From Lingula anatina (taxonomy: Eukaryota; Animalia; Brachiopoda), in contig CM120648.1 of the NCBI GenBank assembly GCA_051362555.1, positions 15,620,587-15,684,586 of the forward strand: 64,000 bases of DNA, in the 5' to 3' direction. The position numbers and the translations under genes were made by a program. The notes beneath the pieces were generated by a model, which had not been told where the DNA came from, did not search any database, and saw only the letters and a program-made list of their open reading frames with translations. The number at the start of each line of letters is the position of its first letter. The stretch's first letter is position 1. Positions 37,251-52,200 of the stretch are shown piece after piece.

Positions 37251-40200
37251 AGCAGGGCCCGGTTTCATCAAGGCTGGATATATTATCCTATGGATGACAC
37301 TATCCATGGTATAAATCTTTTAATCTCTGGACAGTAATCCCCTGTATAAATGTGTGTTTCAAAGGCTGGATAAACAGCATGATAAACAGTAATCCAGTAG
37401 TTAAAAAAATATATCCAATACCATATTTGGAAAAAATACATTATCTGGGTTATATTGGCCATAATGCAGTTGGTTGTTAAAAACATTATAAAAGCCATGA
37501 TAGTTGCGAACAAAAAAGTGGCGTATACCATATTTGGGAAATAAATTACCCATAATAAACAATATTCTAGGTATATTCCAAGATGGTACATTCATTAAAA
37601 TAATGAAAAAAAATTCCTACACGATATTTTAGTCTCAGTGTAAAAAACACCTCACATTGTATTAGTTGTGCCTTATGCAATGTTTACACAGATTTGTAGT
37701 TGAAGGACAAGGTCGTGACATACTTAATTTCTAACAAAATGGTTGACTCGGCACGTTTGGTAGATATGTCAATAGCATTGTAGATTTTTTTTCGTCTATT
37801 TAACAGGTATGCTTTAGTAAAATAAAAGATAATTGGCCTGTCACGGAGATGGCATGGGTTCTGTTCGTAGCAGGTGCGATTTCAACTTTGATAAAGTATG
37901 TTATGTGATATATTGATTCAGTATCACATAACGCATCAAAAGCATACAGACACCATCTAAAATTCTCTTTCTGATCATTCTACGCCTGTGAAATCTGATA
38001 GGATTTACTCCCAAAGCAAGCAGGTTCTCCATTTTTGATAGTTTAATAACATGATAGCAAATTTGCCCCACCTATTTCGAGCGGGCAACTCTATCCTCTG
38101 GATAAGCTGATTTATCCCCTGTATAACGCTATCCACTGTTGATGAAACGCACTATCCTCTGAATAGTTCTACGGAGAGGACAGCAGCCAATTTTATCCAT
38201 GGGATAACGCTATCCAGCCTTGATGAAACCGGATCCAGATTTGCAGGACTTACAATAAAACGATATAAGGTAAAATTATGGCAAAATTAGATGTTTACAC
38301 ACACGTTAGTCTAATGCAAACAAAGATTCATTGTTTAACATTCAAAATGAACCAAGCCAATTGATATTCTTAAAATAACTCATTCCAAAATATGTGGGCC
38401 TGCTTATGTCTTTATCAGAGTGTTTCTGTTTACAATTAGGTTGATCCGTTGTCAAGTCAACATAAACAGTCATATGGCAACTGGCTGCGCGTAGGAGAAT
38501 ATTCAGAACGGAGCGCGTGCGCTGAGATGACGTCGCGGTCCAAATTTTGTAAAATGTGTAACCATCGCAGAAATTCATGAATTGCCCTTAATTTCCCTCA
38601 TACGTGCTTGTGAAAAATTAGGAAGTGGTTGCAGTTTCCTACGCGTCTTTGCGTGTGCGATTTACTTGCAAGGAAGCAGAAATGAATGAGTTAGAACTCG
38701 ATGAAGTCGGCCAACGGGTCAATTTTGGGCCGTAGCAACACTGTAACAATGTGATATATCTCCTTTATTAGAAATAACGCATCTTAGTAAAGTCCGCAAA
38801 ATGTGGCTTTTTTAATAAGAAATATTATTGTCAAGTTTCGTCGAAGTTTATTGTAGCAACTTTTTATGAGAGTCGTTGAAGTGCATTTTTTTTACTCTAT
38901 TCCGCTAAATGTCAGCCATATTCTGACGTCATATTATCCAAAACAGAAGCAAGTGAAAGTCTGAAGATTCCATTAAATTTCGAGAAGTAAAATACTTTTC
39001 ACTTATTTGCACAATAAAATAGCCTTTTTAGTACAATAAATAATATCTGAGGTGTTTAACTCATTTTACCATTCTAAATCTCTTATTTCAAAAGACGGAT
39101 GTTTATGATCGGTTTCGCACCTGCACAAACCAAGCCGAGTGATATGCGAATCCTCCTCGAAATTTGCTGCCAGAAGTTTAATCTGCACAATCCTGAGTTA
39201 CGAGTAGACTGAACACAACATATTCAGGCCTACCCAACTACCAGACTCGGCACCGAGTGATCCTGAATTCACCGGCAAATCGGACCACAGTACCCGTTTT
39301 CTAGGTGTGTATCAGTGCGCATTTCACAGTATTAGACGCGACACCGCTCTTGCCTAGTACGCGATGTGATAGTGACGATTCTCAGCGGGGTTGAAAAGCA
39401 TTGCATCACCACTCAAAATTTGTTCAGGGTATGATACTGTGTACTGGGTACTGACTCACACCTTGAAAACGGGTAGTGTGGTCTGATCTACCGGTGAATT
39501 CAGGATCATTCGGTGCCGAGTCTGGTAGTTGGGTATGTTAATTATTCATAGTAAAAATAATGAAAATTAATTAACCGATTTCTTATAATGAGAACGGCTC
39601 CGATTGTTTTTTCCGCGGTGTGGAGGAGTTCTATAATCCTCGTCACACTAGAGGCGGAATGAGCAAGAATGCCGTTGGAAAGAGAATTCTTTGTACGTTC
39701 CTGGGTATTCCAAGAGCATTCTAAAAATTCCGAGTGCATTCTAAATATATTTACCCATTCTTGTGGCATCCCGAATGTTTTTTGCATGTCAAAAACTTTC
39801 AAAGTGCATTCCAAGTGGAAATATATCGAATGGCATTTGAACAGTACTCTAACTACACTATGACTGCATTCTAAATATTCTCACGGCATTCCGACAGCAT
39901 TCGAAACATTCTGATCACATAAGAGGAATATTCTGACAAGTGACTTAAAGTCCCCGTCAAACTTATTCGATATCAGTAGGGAATCAAGCCGAAATTACTA
40001 AATTAAAAAAATCATACCATATTCGGGAGGGAAATTCAAATTATCATAAAATATTACGGCTTTGTAAGAATGCCTCTGGAATACTAAGAATGCACATCGA
40101 ACCCGCCTGAAATGATTCTTGCACATTCCAGGTATATTACATCTCAAATGCAGCTCGAATGTAGTTGGAATATTGTAGGGATATTGCGATAAATTTCCCC

Positions 40201-43200
40201 TTGGAATACACTTCGACAGTTTTTGACATGACAAAAACATTCGAGCCGGCCACAAGAATGGGTAAAAATATTTGGAATGCACTCAGAATTTTAGAATGTT
40301 TTTAGAATGCTCTTCGAATATCCTGGAATGCACAAAGAATTGTATTTCAGACGCCATTCTTAATCATTCCGCCTCTAGTGTGACGGGGATTTTATATCCC
40401 GCCAGAATGTTTCGAATGTGCCTCGTATAAGCAGAAATATTAATGTTGCCAGCAATCGAACTACACTAGTGATCCGTTCAAAGCATATTCTACATATTCT
40501 TACTGCCTTCTTAGAGCATTATAAATATTCCTAGTTTTCCAACTACATTCGAACTGCTTTTGACAGATAATACAGTCGAAAGTGCACTCATCATTCAAGC
40601 GCATTCTGAGTATTCCAGCGGTACTCTTACAATAATTAAGGTCAATTTGAAATTTTTCCCCGAATGTGGAACGAATTTTAAAAATTCTTCGTTCAGGCTC
40701 ATTCTTCTTTATTCCTGCTGATTCCGAATAAGTGTGACGGGGGTATTAGTAGGATACAAGAACAAGAAAAAAATTGGCTTTTAAGGAAAAGAAGCACTAT
40801 ATTTGTAATGGAATTCCTAAATTTTCCAGCTTAAGATATTCTTCAAAAACTCATAATATGTCAAGTCAAATTTTAAATAATTTATCCTAAAATCTTGGTT
40901 CTTCTATTATTCTCGCACTTCCTTTATTTTGCATAATGGACTAAGCTACCGAGCTATCTGAGATGCGGCATTTGAATCTTTTATACTTTTTGGGTACATT
41001 CTTTCACTTGTCAAAATTGTTTACGATTTTTAAATAAAAAGGTCAACATATAACCTCCTGCATAAATGATATCATGATACATAAACCCAGATCCCTGTCT
41101 TAGGATCAATTTTTGTATAAATGATAAAATCCCATTGATAAAATCTTACAGAATAGGAGCAATTTTCAAAATGCACATACAAAGGCACAGGGATGCCTTT
41201 CGCATGCCACGCATCAAGGATAGGTGAAGGTCGTTCAGAAAAATACTCACTGGCACTAGTTTAAATCGGTCAGACTCAGCATTGTTCTCAGGTTAGTTTT
41301 CATTACATTTGAATAAAATTTTCAACTTTCAGCAGTATCAAGGTCGAGAAATTTCACTGTTTGACAGAGGTATCGAGAAACGTCATTTTTTTCGTTTTTT
41401 TTTTTCGTTGACTGTTGAATTCGTGAGTAGTGTGACTATTCTAGAGATAACACATTCTTGAAACTTTGAAATTTTAAACCTAAGATGATATTTTAACTCA
41501 TATCTGAAAATGATAAAAATTTAGGCTGGCAACTTTTTTCCTCGCAGTATAGTCCCACCCCCTACAAGATGCATTTTTTGGTTCATTTTTTTCCCGAAGT
41601 CCAAAAATAGTGTCCGTATTTCATTAATAATAAATGGCCATTTGGGTAATCCTTTGAAACCACTGGTAAGAGCGCATGCTTATCTACGTGGTTTTAAAAA
41701 ATGGCTGCACATTGAGACCGTTTTTGATTTTAATAGAGCTTTATTTGTAAGGTATGTTTTTCAGGTCGGCCATCGCAAATGCTGCGAAACGGCGCTACTT
41801 CGTGACGCGGACTCACTGAAAAGTTTCAGATAACCGCCATGACATAACGTTTTTCAGCCAGTTGCCATCTGACTGAAAAAGGGGCTATGGTTATCTCTTT
41901 CATATTTCTCCCTCCATCATTATCCATAATTTTCCATATTACCGACCGGATGGCTTTGTGGTTAGAGTGTACGCCTCCGGAGCGGGAGGACGTGAGTTCA
42001 GACCCGTCCGGGGACCTACCAGTTCTTTGTAAACGGTACCTGCTGTCTCCCCGCTTGGCACTCACCACTGAGGAGTTGAAGCAGGGGCCTAGTCTGGCAG
42101 AGGAGAAATGTTATGTTTGCTAGCTTTGAGCGCCTAATGCGGCCGGGCTGTATCCTCAGCAGGGAGGCGATTACTTAAAACAGATTTTGATTCAAATGAT
42201 AATAATAAAAAAAACAAATGAATACATAAAGTTTATTTATATGTATAACGTCAACCTTGGGGTTGCAGTATTTCAATGAAGATTATTATACAGATTAATT
42301 TTGACAAACTTCTACATCAGTTGTGTCAAACAAAGTAAATTCTTCAGAATACACTAGGATGTTTTCATGTTTTTTATTACAGAGAATTGCGAGTTTATTG
42401 CTGAGTTCAATAAAGAAGAACATTGGTAGGTACTTATGTATGTTAAGTGAGTTAAGTAAATGGTAATTTGTAGAGCTTTATAGAAAATAAAAGATAGAGA
42501 TACACTGTTTTCAATATCGTGCAGTTTTCTGAGACAATGTGGTAAAATGAAATATTAATTGGCGATTTGCTAACTGCTTCAAATTGCGATTTGTATTTAA
42601 AACTCTTGTCCACTGTTGGTCTAAAAATGATGCATTGAAACAAGTGTATTTTTAATATATATGCTCCTTAAATTGCTCTCTTTTTCAATGCCCCTGCTTA
42701 ACTATATTTGAACACCACAATTAGTTTTCGTGAGTGAAATGTAATTTTCCAAATTCTTTTTAATTGAAGTCAGTCTGGATCCAAAAAAGATAAAAATAAG
42801 ATAGAATCACGACCCATGAATGTGTCTTAACCAAATATATTACATACCGGTACACAAGTTCATTTCACTACTTACTTTAGTCAAAACTCAACACTGCCCG
42901 CTCGACCATGATGAAGTATCCTTCTGTACTAATGCTGGATGTCTCTTGACGGCACAACACAATGTCTCCCATTTTAGAAGAGAAAATAATGACAAAATAT
43001 TATAGGCCTACATCGTAAAATATTGTCATAGTTAAGACTGCATTTAGGTGTTGCGTTGTTCTGATATTACTGAAACGATTCACTACTTCCATTTATGTTA
43101 TTAGTCTTAGCTGTGGTATGGCATATGTAAAGCTTGAAGAGGATGAACACTTTTGTCATGTCAGTCTTAGGGCTAGGATTTCTATCGACCGTTACGGGTC

Positions 43201-46200
43201 GAAAATAACAAAGTTTGTTGTATATGTATGCTATGGAAACCAGGTTACTAAAGTTTTCAAAAAAAAAAAAGGAAGATTATTTTAAGTGTTTAAAAATAGA
43301 ACGGATAAGAGCTGCGTTTGATAGCTGGCAGGTATAGCAAGGGGTATAGTTTTAGCATCAATCAGTACATGATCCCATCCCTGTGAATCCGGCAAAATGG
43401 GACGTTTTTACAAGCTTAACTAAAACCAGCTCCATTCATGCTTGGAAAAAGGAAAAAAAAAGATGTCTAAGATTTATGTATTTGAAAGATGTGTGAGAGG
43501 TCTTGTCCATGGATTGGTTAATTATAATTATTGTTTAGATAGACACGTTCATTTGGCACCCACGCCCGTTTATCCCTTCAATTTTCTCCCAAACTACAAA
43601 TATTTTTTGACAACTGACATGCCTTAGCAATACCTTAGTGCAGTGGGATAGTGGCAGTAGTTTGATTTTGGCTATTACTGTTAAAATTATATTTTGAAGT
43701 TATTTTCTAGCCTTCGGCAATTTTCGTAAAACTTGAGCATATAAGAAAAGTATTGTTATTAACAGTACGTAAGGTAGCAGGATTTGGTGGCCCAGTGGTC
43801 CAGTTATTTATGTAATGAGTGTCAGCAAATGTGTTTGTAATTTAACAGAAATATGTTTATGTTTCTGTGCAACACCAGGAAGCACCATAACAACAAGGTG
43901 AATATATATTCAAAGTAGTTGCATTTATTGATTTCATTTGAAATGTTGGACGTTCTTCCCAAACAGGTTGTGCAAATTTAACTTAAAAGTGTTTAGTAAG
44001 CCAGATATACATATTCATTCACTTACATATCTTGTTTTTAAATCTTGAAATTATACAACTATTTATTTTTATTTCAGCATACCTATATCGGACAATGCCC
44101 AAGGATCATGGTAAATAAAACTTTTATTAATATACTAACCCTTCTTTTTAGGAGTTTGTTGATATCAGTGGTAGTTACATTGAGCACGCGATAATAAGGC
44201 AAAATAGAGTGCCTAAATAGTTCACCAAATGTAATGGAAGATTTTAAGGCTTAAGGCGTGTCATCATTAGTGAACATAAATATGCAGAATCAATTTAACA
44301 TTATGTCATGAATCATTCTGTGAAGAACAACTCAGTTAGCTGGTGCACTTGGGCAGGATGCTACTGCATCTACAATTTCTTCCTTTTTGAAATTTATAAA
44401 ACATGTGTTTATATTCCAGTGCTCCACCTGCAAAATGCACCATAACAACAAGGTAAATATGTATTCATAGTAGTTGCATGTATTGATTTCATTTGAAAGG
44501 TTAGGCGTCCTTAAGGGTAGTTTTTGCATATATAAGTATGTGAGCCCAACTCTGTGGAAATCTGTGAAAAGGGAATCGTTTTACAATCCTTATTTAAAAC
44601 GCGTTTATGTAAGCTTAATACTTTCTTCCTATATGGAAAATGAAAAAACGATCTATGTATTTAAAAGGGGTAAAACAGGTCTTGTCCATGGGTTGGTTAA
44701 GTGTCTCTCGTGTTTTTATTATATATAGATGTGTTCACTTGGCACCCACGCCTGTTTATTCTTAAACTTTCTTCCTTTTTGTAATTTATAAAACCTGTAT
44801 TTATATTCCAGTGCTCCACCTGCAAAAAGCAACATAACAACAAGGTAAATATATATTCATATTAGTTTATTGATTTCATTTGAAAGGTAAGGCGTCCTTC
44901 CCATAAAAGTTTTAAAATTAAGTGTTTAGCCAGATGTACGTATTCATTCACAAACATATTTTTAAGAATTTATGCAAAAAGTGTTTTTATTTCAGCAAGC
45001 ATGTATCAGACAACACCCCAGGAGTATTGTAAATAAAACTTTTATTAATATACTCCCCTTTTTTAAGTTTGTTGATATAGATGGTAGTTACATTAAACAT
45101 GCGATAATAAGGCAAAATAGACTGCATATAAATAGTTCCCCAAATGTTATGCATCGTTTGGAAAAAATAAGGCTTAGCATGCCATCATCTGTGAACATAA
45201 ATATGCAGAATCTAACTGAAATTTTATCTTGGGTCATACAGCGAAGAACATATTACATATTCAGTTAATTGGTACACTTGAGCAGGATACTATTTTAGCT
45301 TCCGCACTTATCAAGCACTGTTTGGTCACAGCCATACGTAAGTTCTGTCAGGGAGGATCGGCACTTTTTCTGATTATATCTGAGGGCAAGATGAAATCGC
45401 AGTTGCCTCAAATGATGTTTATTGTATAAAAACTGAGCCACATTCGTTCACTTATTTTGTAACCTTCTTTCAGTGATTTCCATGTTTCGAACGCTGTGTG
45501 GGGTAAGTTCACCATCAAGACAAAATATTTGAAGCTCTTTAATGAAAACGTGTACGTAATGATAAATAAATTAGAACAGAATGCAATTGAAACTTCCATC
45601 TGTTATTTCAAACCTGAACTACATTCATAATATCGAAATGAATAAAGTAAAACAGTGCAATTCCTAAATAGTTTGTGCAATTGTTGCTTTTTTTCTTTTT
45701 ACCAGCTATCCTTGTGTTAGAAATTATTATTTGTATTGGTGTGGGGGTGATTATATACAAATGTAAGTAGACATTATTATCCTAACCAACGTTAATACAA
45801 CACTGTTTGATCCAACATATCTTAATTAATTTAATATTCCTTTGTGACTAAACTATGATTCACCACTGAAGATTTATAATCCGTTTTAAAACACTTAACT
45901 GCTGTTACTTTTTCTTATAAGTTCAAAGTGTAAGTTCATATTTTATTCATTGTAAAATATGCATCCACTTTTAGTGAGTATGCTTAACCTTATATGCCAT
46001 CATCACCACAATTGATATTATTGCTGTTTATATTTCTATTACAATGTAGACCCAAAAAAGATATTATTTTTCATCGCCGCGCGCTTCCCTTGGACCTTGC
46101 GCACCACACTCTTTTCTTTTACAATCTTTTTGTCGGAGATGGTGGGTGGGTCCCAAAGCAGTGTCAGTGCAGTGCGGCACTGGCGGTATGAACCGATGGA

Positions 46201-49200
46201 AAATAACCTGTTTGTCATCGGGAAACATTTCTGAACTCATATAGTAAATGAAATTTAAATTTAAATTTAAATTTCATATTGACATCCGCACTATCCTGCT
46301 ATGGTACATATACGTCACCAGCATGTAGTTGACAAACTTGCCCGAGGCCAGGTTTTATGACACGATTATATAAATACATGCACAGCTTTCAAAATTGATA
46401 TACATTACATGTACATATTTAGAGTATACACAGCTGCACGGATTGCTTTATTTAGTTATCAGTACAGGTTTAGCATCCTCTACACCTTGCCGGCGTAGTA
46501 AAAACGGGGTAAATCATTCAAAACATTAGTATTGCCAGGTTAGGAGTGTAGATAAGGCATTTGTATCTGAAATTCACTGTATTCAGCTATTTGAAATTTA
46601 TCTGTCCTTCGGGGAGACCCGGCAGCTTTGAGGCGTCACTTTTGCTGAAAGGATGAGTGCGAATAACCATTGGCAAAGTGCCCATCGTCAAAATTTAAAG
46701 ATAATTTGCTATTATAAAGTTTATGCATATATTTGTTGCATGGGAAAAATATTATTTGGTTTGAGGTATCTTAACTTAGTTTTTTTAATAAGTTATATGT
46801 GGGGGGAGGGGGGGTAGCCGGATTTACCTGTTGTATGCAGTCAGAGCAACTTGTTTCAGCATTTATATTACATAAACGATTTTTTTCTAATGAAACTTGT
46901 TTTGTGGTGTAAAAAAGAGTTATATGTTAAATAATTGTGGTGTGGCACAAGTAAATGGGAAAGTAATTATTGTTTCTTTAATCCTAGAGAAGAGAGGGAG
47001 GGGTGGTATATTACGGTATTTTCTCACAGAAGCCATCACTGATTTCACTTAACTGTATAAAAGTCTAGTTACTAGAAAAACTTGTTTCAGCGTATTTATT
47101 AATTTAATATAACTTTTCTCACAGACCAGCATTTGTTGGTTTAAATAATTGTATTTGATTCTAGGACAATTCCCCCCGGACAATTCCCCCCGGACTATTC
47201 TCCCCGGACAACTCCCCCCCGGACAATTCCCCCCCAGGACAATTCCCCCCGGACGATTCCCCCCCAAGAAATATCTATTTATACACAAATATACTGTAAA
47301 AAGTGTAAAGTTTAAAACATTTCATCCATTTTATTAATATTTTTAGTGTGATAATACAACTTTATCATAAAACAAATTATTTTATAGCAAATTCCTTTTT
47401 CATTTCGTACTAGTACAGAAAGTTTTATTACACATCTAATCTAAGTATAACCACCTATCCTTCAGGTAAAGGTTGGGTAAAAAGATAAACAGGTAAACAG
47501 ATATTTTTATGAATATTTTATTGTGGTGGGTAGTGAGTAGGTGGGTAGTGGTCAAGCAATTAAAAGTGACAAATAATCAAAGGGATATCTGGATAAGTGA
47601 GAAAATCTGTTTAACCCACCTCTACCTAGAGATGCACCTTGATTCAAGACTTAATCAAGGGGTGGGGGGAGAGTAATTAAGCAATTTTAATTTAACTTTT
47701 AAAAAAGTAACAGTTAATTTATAAAAGGGTTACCTGGATGAGTGAGATCATCTGTTTACCCCACTTTAACTAGAGATGTACTTTGATCAGATTTTTGATA
47801 AAATTTTCTGTACTTGTACTACATGAAAATAACTTGTTTAATTTAATGAATATTATCTACCCTCGAGCTGCATTATCAAACTGAGAAATATTCATGAAAT
47901 GGATGAAAAGATTTGAACTTTGTACTCTTTACTTTATATTTTGTATATAAATATATATACTTTCGGGGAGAATCGTCCGGGGGGGAATTGTCCTGGGGGG
48001 GAATTGTCCGGGGGGGAATTGTCCGGGGGGAATAGTCCGGGGGGGGATTGTCCGGGGGGAATTGTCCTGATACCTTGTATTTTAACCAATACACATTTTG
48101 TACAAGGCTCTAAGGAATAGTAAAACATGCTGAAAGCAAAAGGCTGTTACAGTACGTAACAACAACAAAATAAATCATGTGTAAAAGCACTCTAAACAGA
48201 TATTTGGAATGTTTCCATAAACCATAAAATAAACAAGGAATAAATTGTATCAAAATAATGATAAGGTATAACTAAAAACTAAATAAAAATATAGTACACA
48301 CCAGTACACATAATTACAGTTATGGCCAATAATCTGTATGACAATGAAATTAAGTCACATAAAAAGTACTTCATATTTGATTATGTATGTGATAAAGACC
48401 TTGTATAGAATGCAATGCAAGAGTTATTTTATACAAAATACAGTATATAAATATGAGTATAAAAATGTATAATGAAACAATGGATATTTAATCAGATGTG
48501 CTGTCCGAAACACTTTTTGTCTCGCTTATACTGTCACCACTTGATTTTGGTAAATGTGAGGTATCCAAACAGCCTTCTCCACAACATAATTTTCGATTGT
48601 ATCCCTGCCTCACACATCTAGCCACCAGTACACATTATGGATTCAGACCTCCCATAGAAAAACTAGACCCATCAGTGGCTGGTACTGGCAGTGTAAAGCT
48701 CGTTCCAAGACAGTTGGAAGTTGTGCACATATCACTTCAGTCCTGTGGTATATGGGGTTTGCCATGAGGCAGGGATACAATCGAAAATTATGTTGTGGAG
48801 AAGGCTGTTTGGATACCTCACATTTACCACTGATTTCAAACTGGCCATCTAGCAGATGCTCATCAGTATATTGGCTAGCTTGCTTTATCTGGTAAACTTC
48901 TGGTATTGATTATAGGCTGGTGGTCTCTTGTATGGACTGTTTACCAAGTCAATAGGGTTTCACTGATTTCCTTGACAAATAAAGTCATTCATAGCATTTT
49001 GGTGAAAAAAAAGAAGAAAAAAACTCTGCAAAGCTACTATGAATAGTGCTGGTGTGGAAGATTAGGTAATAAGTAACAAAACTAGGGTGTGTGTGATGGA
49101 GCCTATTATTTTACTTTTTATGCAAAATAGACATAAAAGGGGACATTTACACAACAATTTTGGTTGTACAAAATGTACTTTTATGCCCATTAGAGGGGGT

Positions 49201-52200
49201 TGGGTCAAGCCACCCTTGTGTGTAGAGATCTATTACAGCATATGGGTCTCTATGTAAAGTAGGAGCCACCATAATGTACACACACTGGACAAAAGAAGTG
49301 TCACCCCCTAACTCAGAGTAACAAAAGTAGGCAGATCTTGGGTACTTATAATGCCTGGTCTACTTTTAATGTGACTAATGAGTATAAAACCGCTGTACCA
49401 TGGGATTGTATTGTTGGTCTTGTACATGTACAGCAAATGTTATTCCTGTCTTCCTCCAATATGGCAAGATACAGGCAATTATCTAACGGTTATAGGTGCA
49501 AGTTATTAACCTGAAGAGGCGGAATATAAGCAATGTCAGTATATCGATACAATTGAAATGTTTAGTCAGAAGCGTGCAGAGGGTCTGGTCTCGGTATAGA
49601 AACACTGGATCAAGAGACAAATTGCCTCTGATGGGTCGTCCAAGAAAAACTACTGGCCGTGAAGACCGACGACTGATTTTGATGTCCAAGTTGTCAAAGT
49701 TCGACACTGCTTGTCAGTTGACAACACAGTGGAAAAAATTTCACACATAAGAATCTGTCTGTGAAAATTGCTAGGCGTCGGTTACATGCTCATAGAGTGT
49801 ACAGCAGGGTAGCAAGACTGAAACCTCTTATATCGTTACAAAACAGGCAACGTAGAGTGAACTAGGGTCAATAGAATCTAGAACTGGACAGTCTATGACA
49901 ATTGGTCCTATATATTTTTTTTCTGATGAGTGTCGCTTTGGTCTGACCTCTGATGACAGACGGGTACGATGCTGGCGAACTGCTGGTAAAGCATTTGAAC
50001 CACATGTACTTAATTTTCGAGCCCGGAGCAGCATATTCATCATGGTGTGGGACTGCATCAGCATCCATGGCGTGGGCGAATTGATAGTGGTTGATGAAAC
50101 ATAAATCACTAGAAACATATCGATGTTTTGGAGTCAGGCTTGCTACCATCTATTACTAACATTTTGGACAAATGCCCGTCTAACCAGCAGAGAAACTCTG
50201 TTATATTCAGTGTTTCATGCTTGGGCCAGCATAAGCCCTGAATGCATCAGACAATTATATGAATCCTTGCTTCGTATACTGGCACCTATTATTAGGTCAC
50301 GTGGCAATGCCACTAAGTACTAATTTTGGACATGAAACTGCATATTTTGGTAGAATGTATATTTTGTTCTGATTTTGTTATTTTTTTGGAAATTAGATGT
50401 TCATAAAATGATACCAGGAGCATATTATTCGACAGTCATTTATCTCCCCCATAGTATTGGCTCAGTAGGGGTGACACTTCTTTTGTCCAGTGTGTGTACA
50501 TCTGCTATTATGATAATTAATATAACTTCGAATACCTAAAGCACATTTTACATTTAATCTTTCTTAATCCTAAGAAATAAGAATGAAAGTAAGATGTACT
50601 TTCTGTATTTGGACTCTATTTCCTATCCATATTTCCCCTTTTATTTATTTATTTATTTATTTATTTTATTATTATTATTATTTTTTTTTTTTGATAGCAT
50701 GCATTACATGATAACTACTTTTCTTTTTTTGGTTGTAATTGAAAAAAAATATTGACTCTAACCCCTATTTTCCATTCAAAGACCTACATTTTATTTTGAG
50801 TTGTTCTTTTTGTACATAAGTTTCATTGTATCTGCCTAGCCATCCTATGTAAGCATGTAGCAGCTACCTCACATGGCCGCCTGCTAGCATATGGACTGAA
50901 AATGACCCTATTTAGTTTGAGCCCAACCCTCAGACGAGCTGATTTTCACGTATATCTCTCCTCATATTCATGTCTTTTCAACCGTGAATAATTAGCTTTT
51001 CTGAAGTCATTAGCTTGTCTTGTCTCAAGTCATTGTAAGATTCTTCTTTCAATCAGCACTACATGTACAAATAAAGCAATCAAAATATTGATCGCAAACA
51101 ATGATTGGCCACATATTGCCTTACCTTTTTACATGGGCACCTTCTGTACCCAATTACAAAATTTCACAGTTGTCACACTACTATAACTAAAGATATGTAG
51201 CATTGCAACTCAGACCCCCCCTAAAACACACATTTTCATGAATTTTTGACAAGGTCATTTTGACATTATTTTTTTATATTTCAAATTCAATAAAAATATT
51301 TTTTTAAGTGGATCATAAAAGTGTAAGACCCCAACTTTAATTTGGCAACAATTTTTTTCCATTCATTCACAATTTATTTTTTATGTACAAAAGTGGGCAC
51401 TTTTACCCCCTTATTCGCACTCATCCTTTGCAGCACTAAATCTGGGACTCTCTTTTAGGCACGCACTGCCGTATTTATTCAGTAAACACTGGTACTCGGC
51501 CTCACTTTGCTTAAGTTCTTTGCGGAAAGCATAGCATTCAAGATCGATTATACAAGTTGCGCCTCGCTGGAAATGTTTTTCGTTCCCGCCACCTTCCCTG
51601 TCTCCTCCTTCATGCAGTTATTCACAAATGATAATTATGGATTTAGCACATGTCTGCCGTTATTTCTTTTGTATTTTTCAGTGTCCCTCAAACGCCCAAG
51701 CCCAGCACCTTCACCACCACCACCAGCTTCGGTGACTCTTTCTTCGGCGGATATTCAGCAGGTCCTTCACGCGGTCACTAGTTTAAACAATAGGATGGAT
51801 GGAATGGAGGCTTCTCTGACTTGGCTACGCACTACTTTTTCGGCATTCCGGCCATCTTCTTCTGCGGACTCAGGTAGGGTGTCCCCACTTCCCTCAACTT
51901 CTAGACACCAGACTAAATCTATCCCTTTGCACGCCCAGGTAGACACTAAACTTAAAGATAAGATTTGGGGGAATCAGTTTATTGAGTTGGCGCTTGTTTT
52001 ACAAAACCAATCGACTTTGTTGCCCCAACCCGGTGATCCCCTCTCCTTAGCCATGGAGACACATAATGGCCTGTTAACCCTGGTAGTTTCTCAGGGTAGA
52101 AAACCTCAGATCTCTTACCTGAGTCAGTTTACTACGGTTTTTTATTCTTTTACGTCTGTATACACATTGAAGTAGTCTCATGAGTTTAACTTGTTAAAAT

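Noticed and set aside
41944-42020. Genuine tRNA gene
   Set aside because: The cloverleaf and T-loop are degenerate and the sequence continues into a SINE body.
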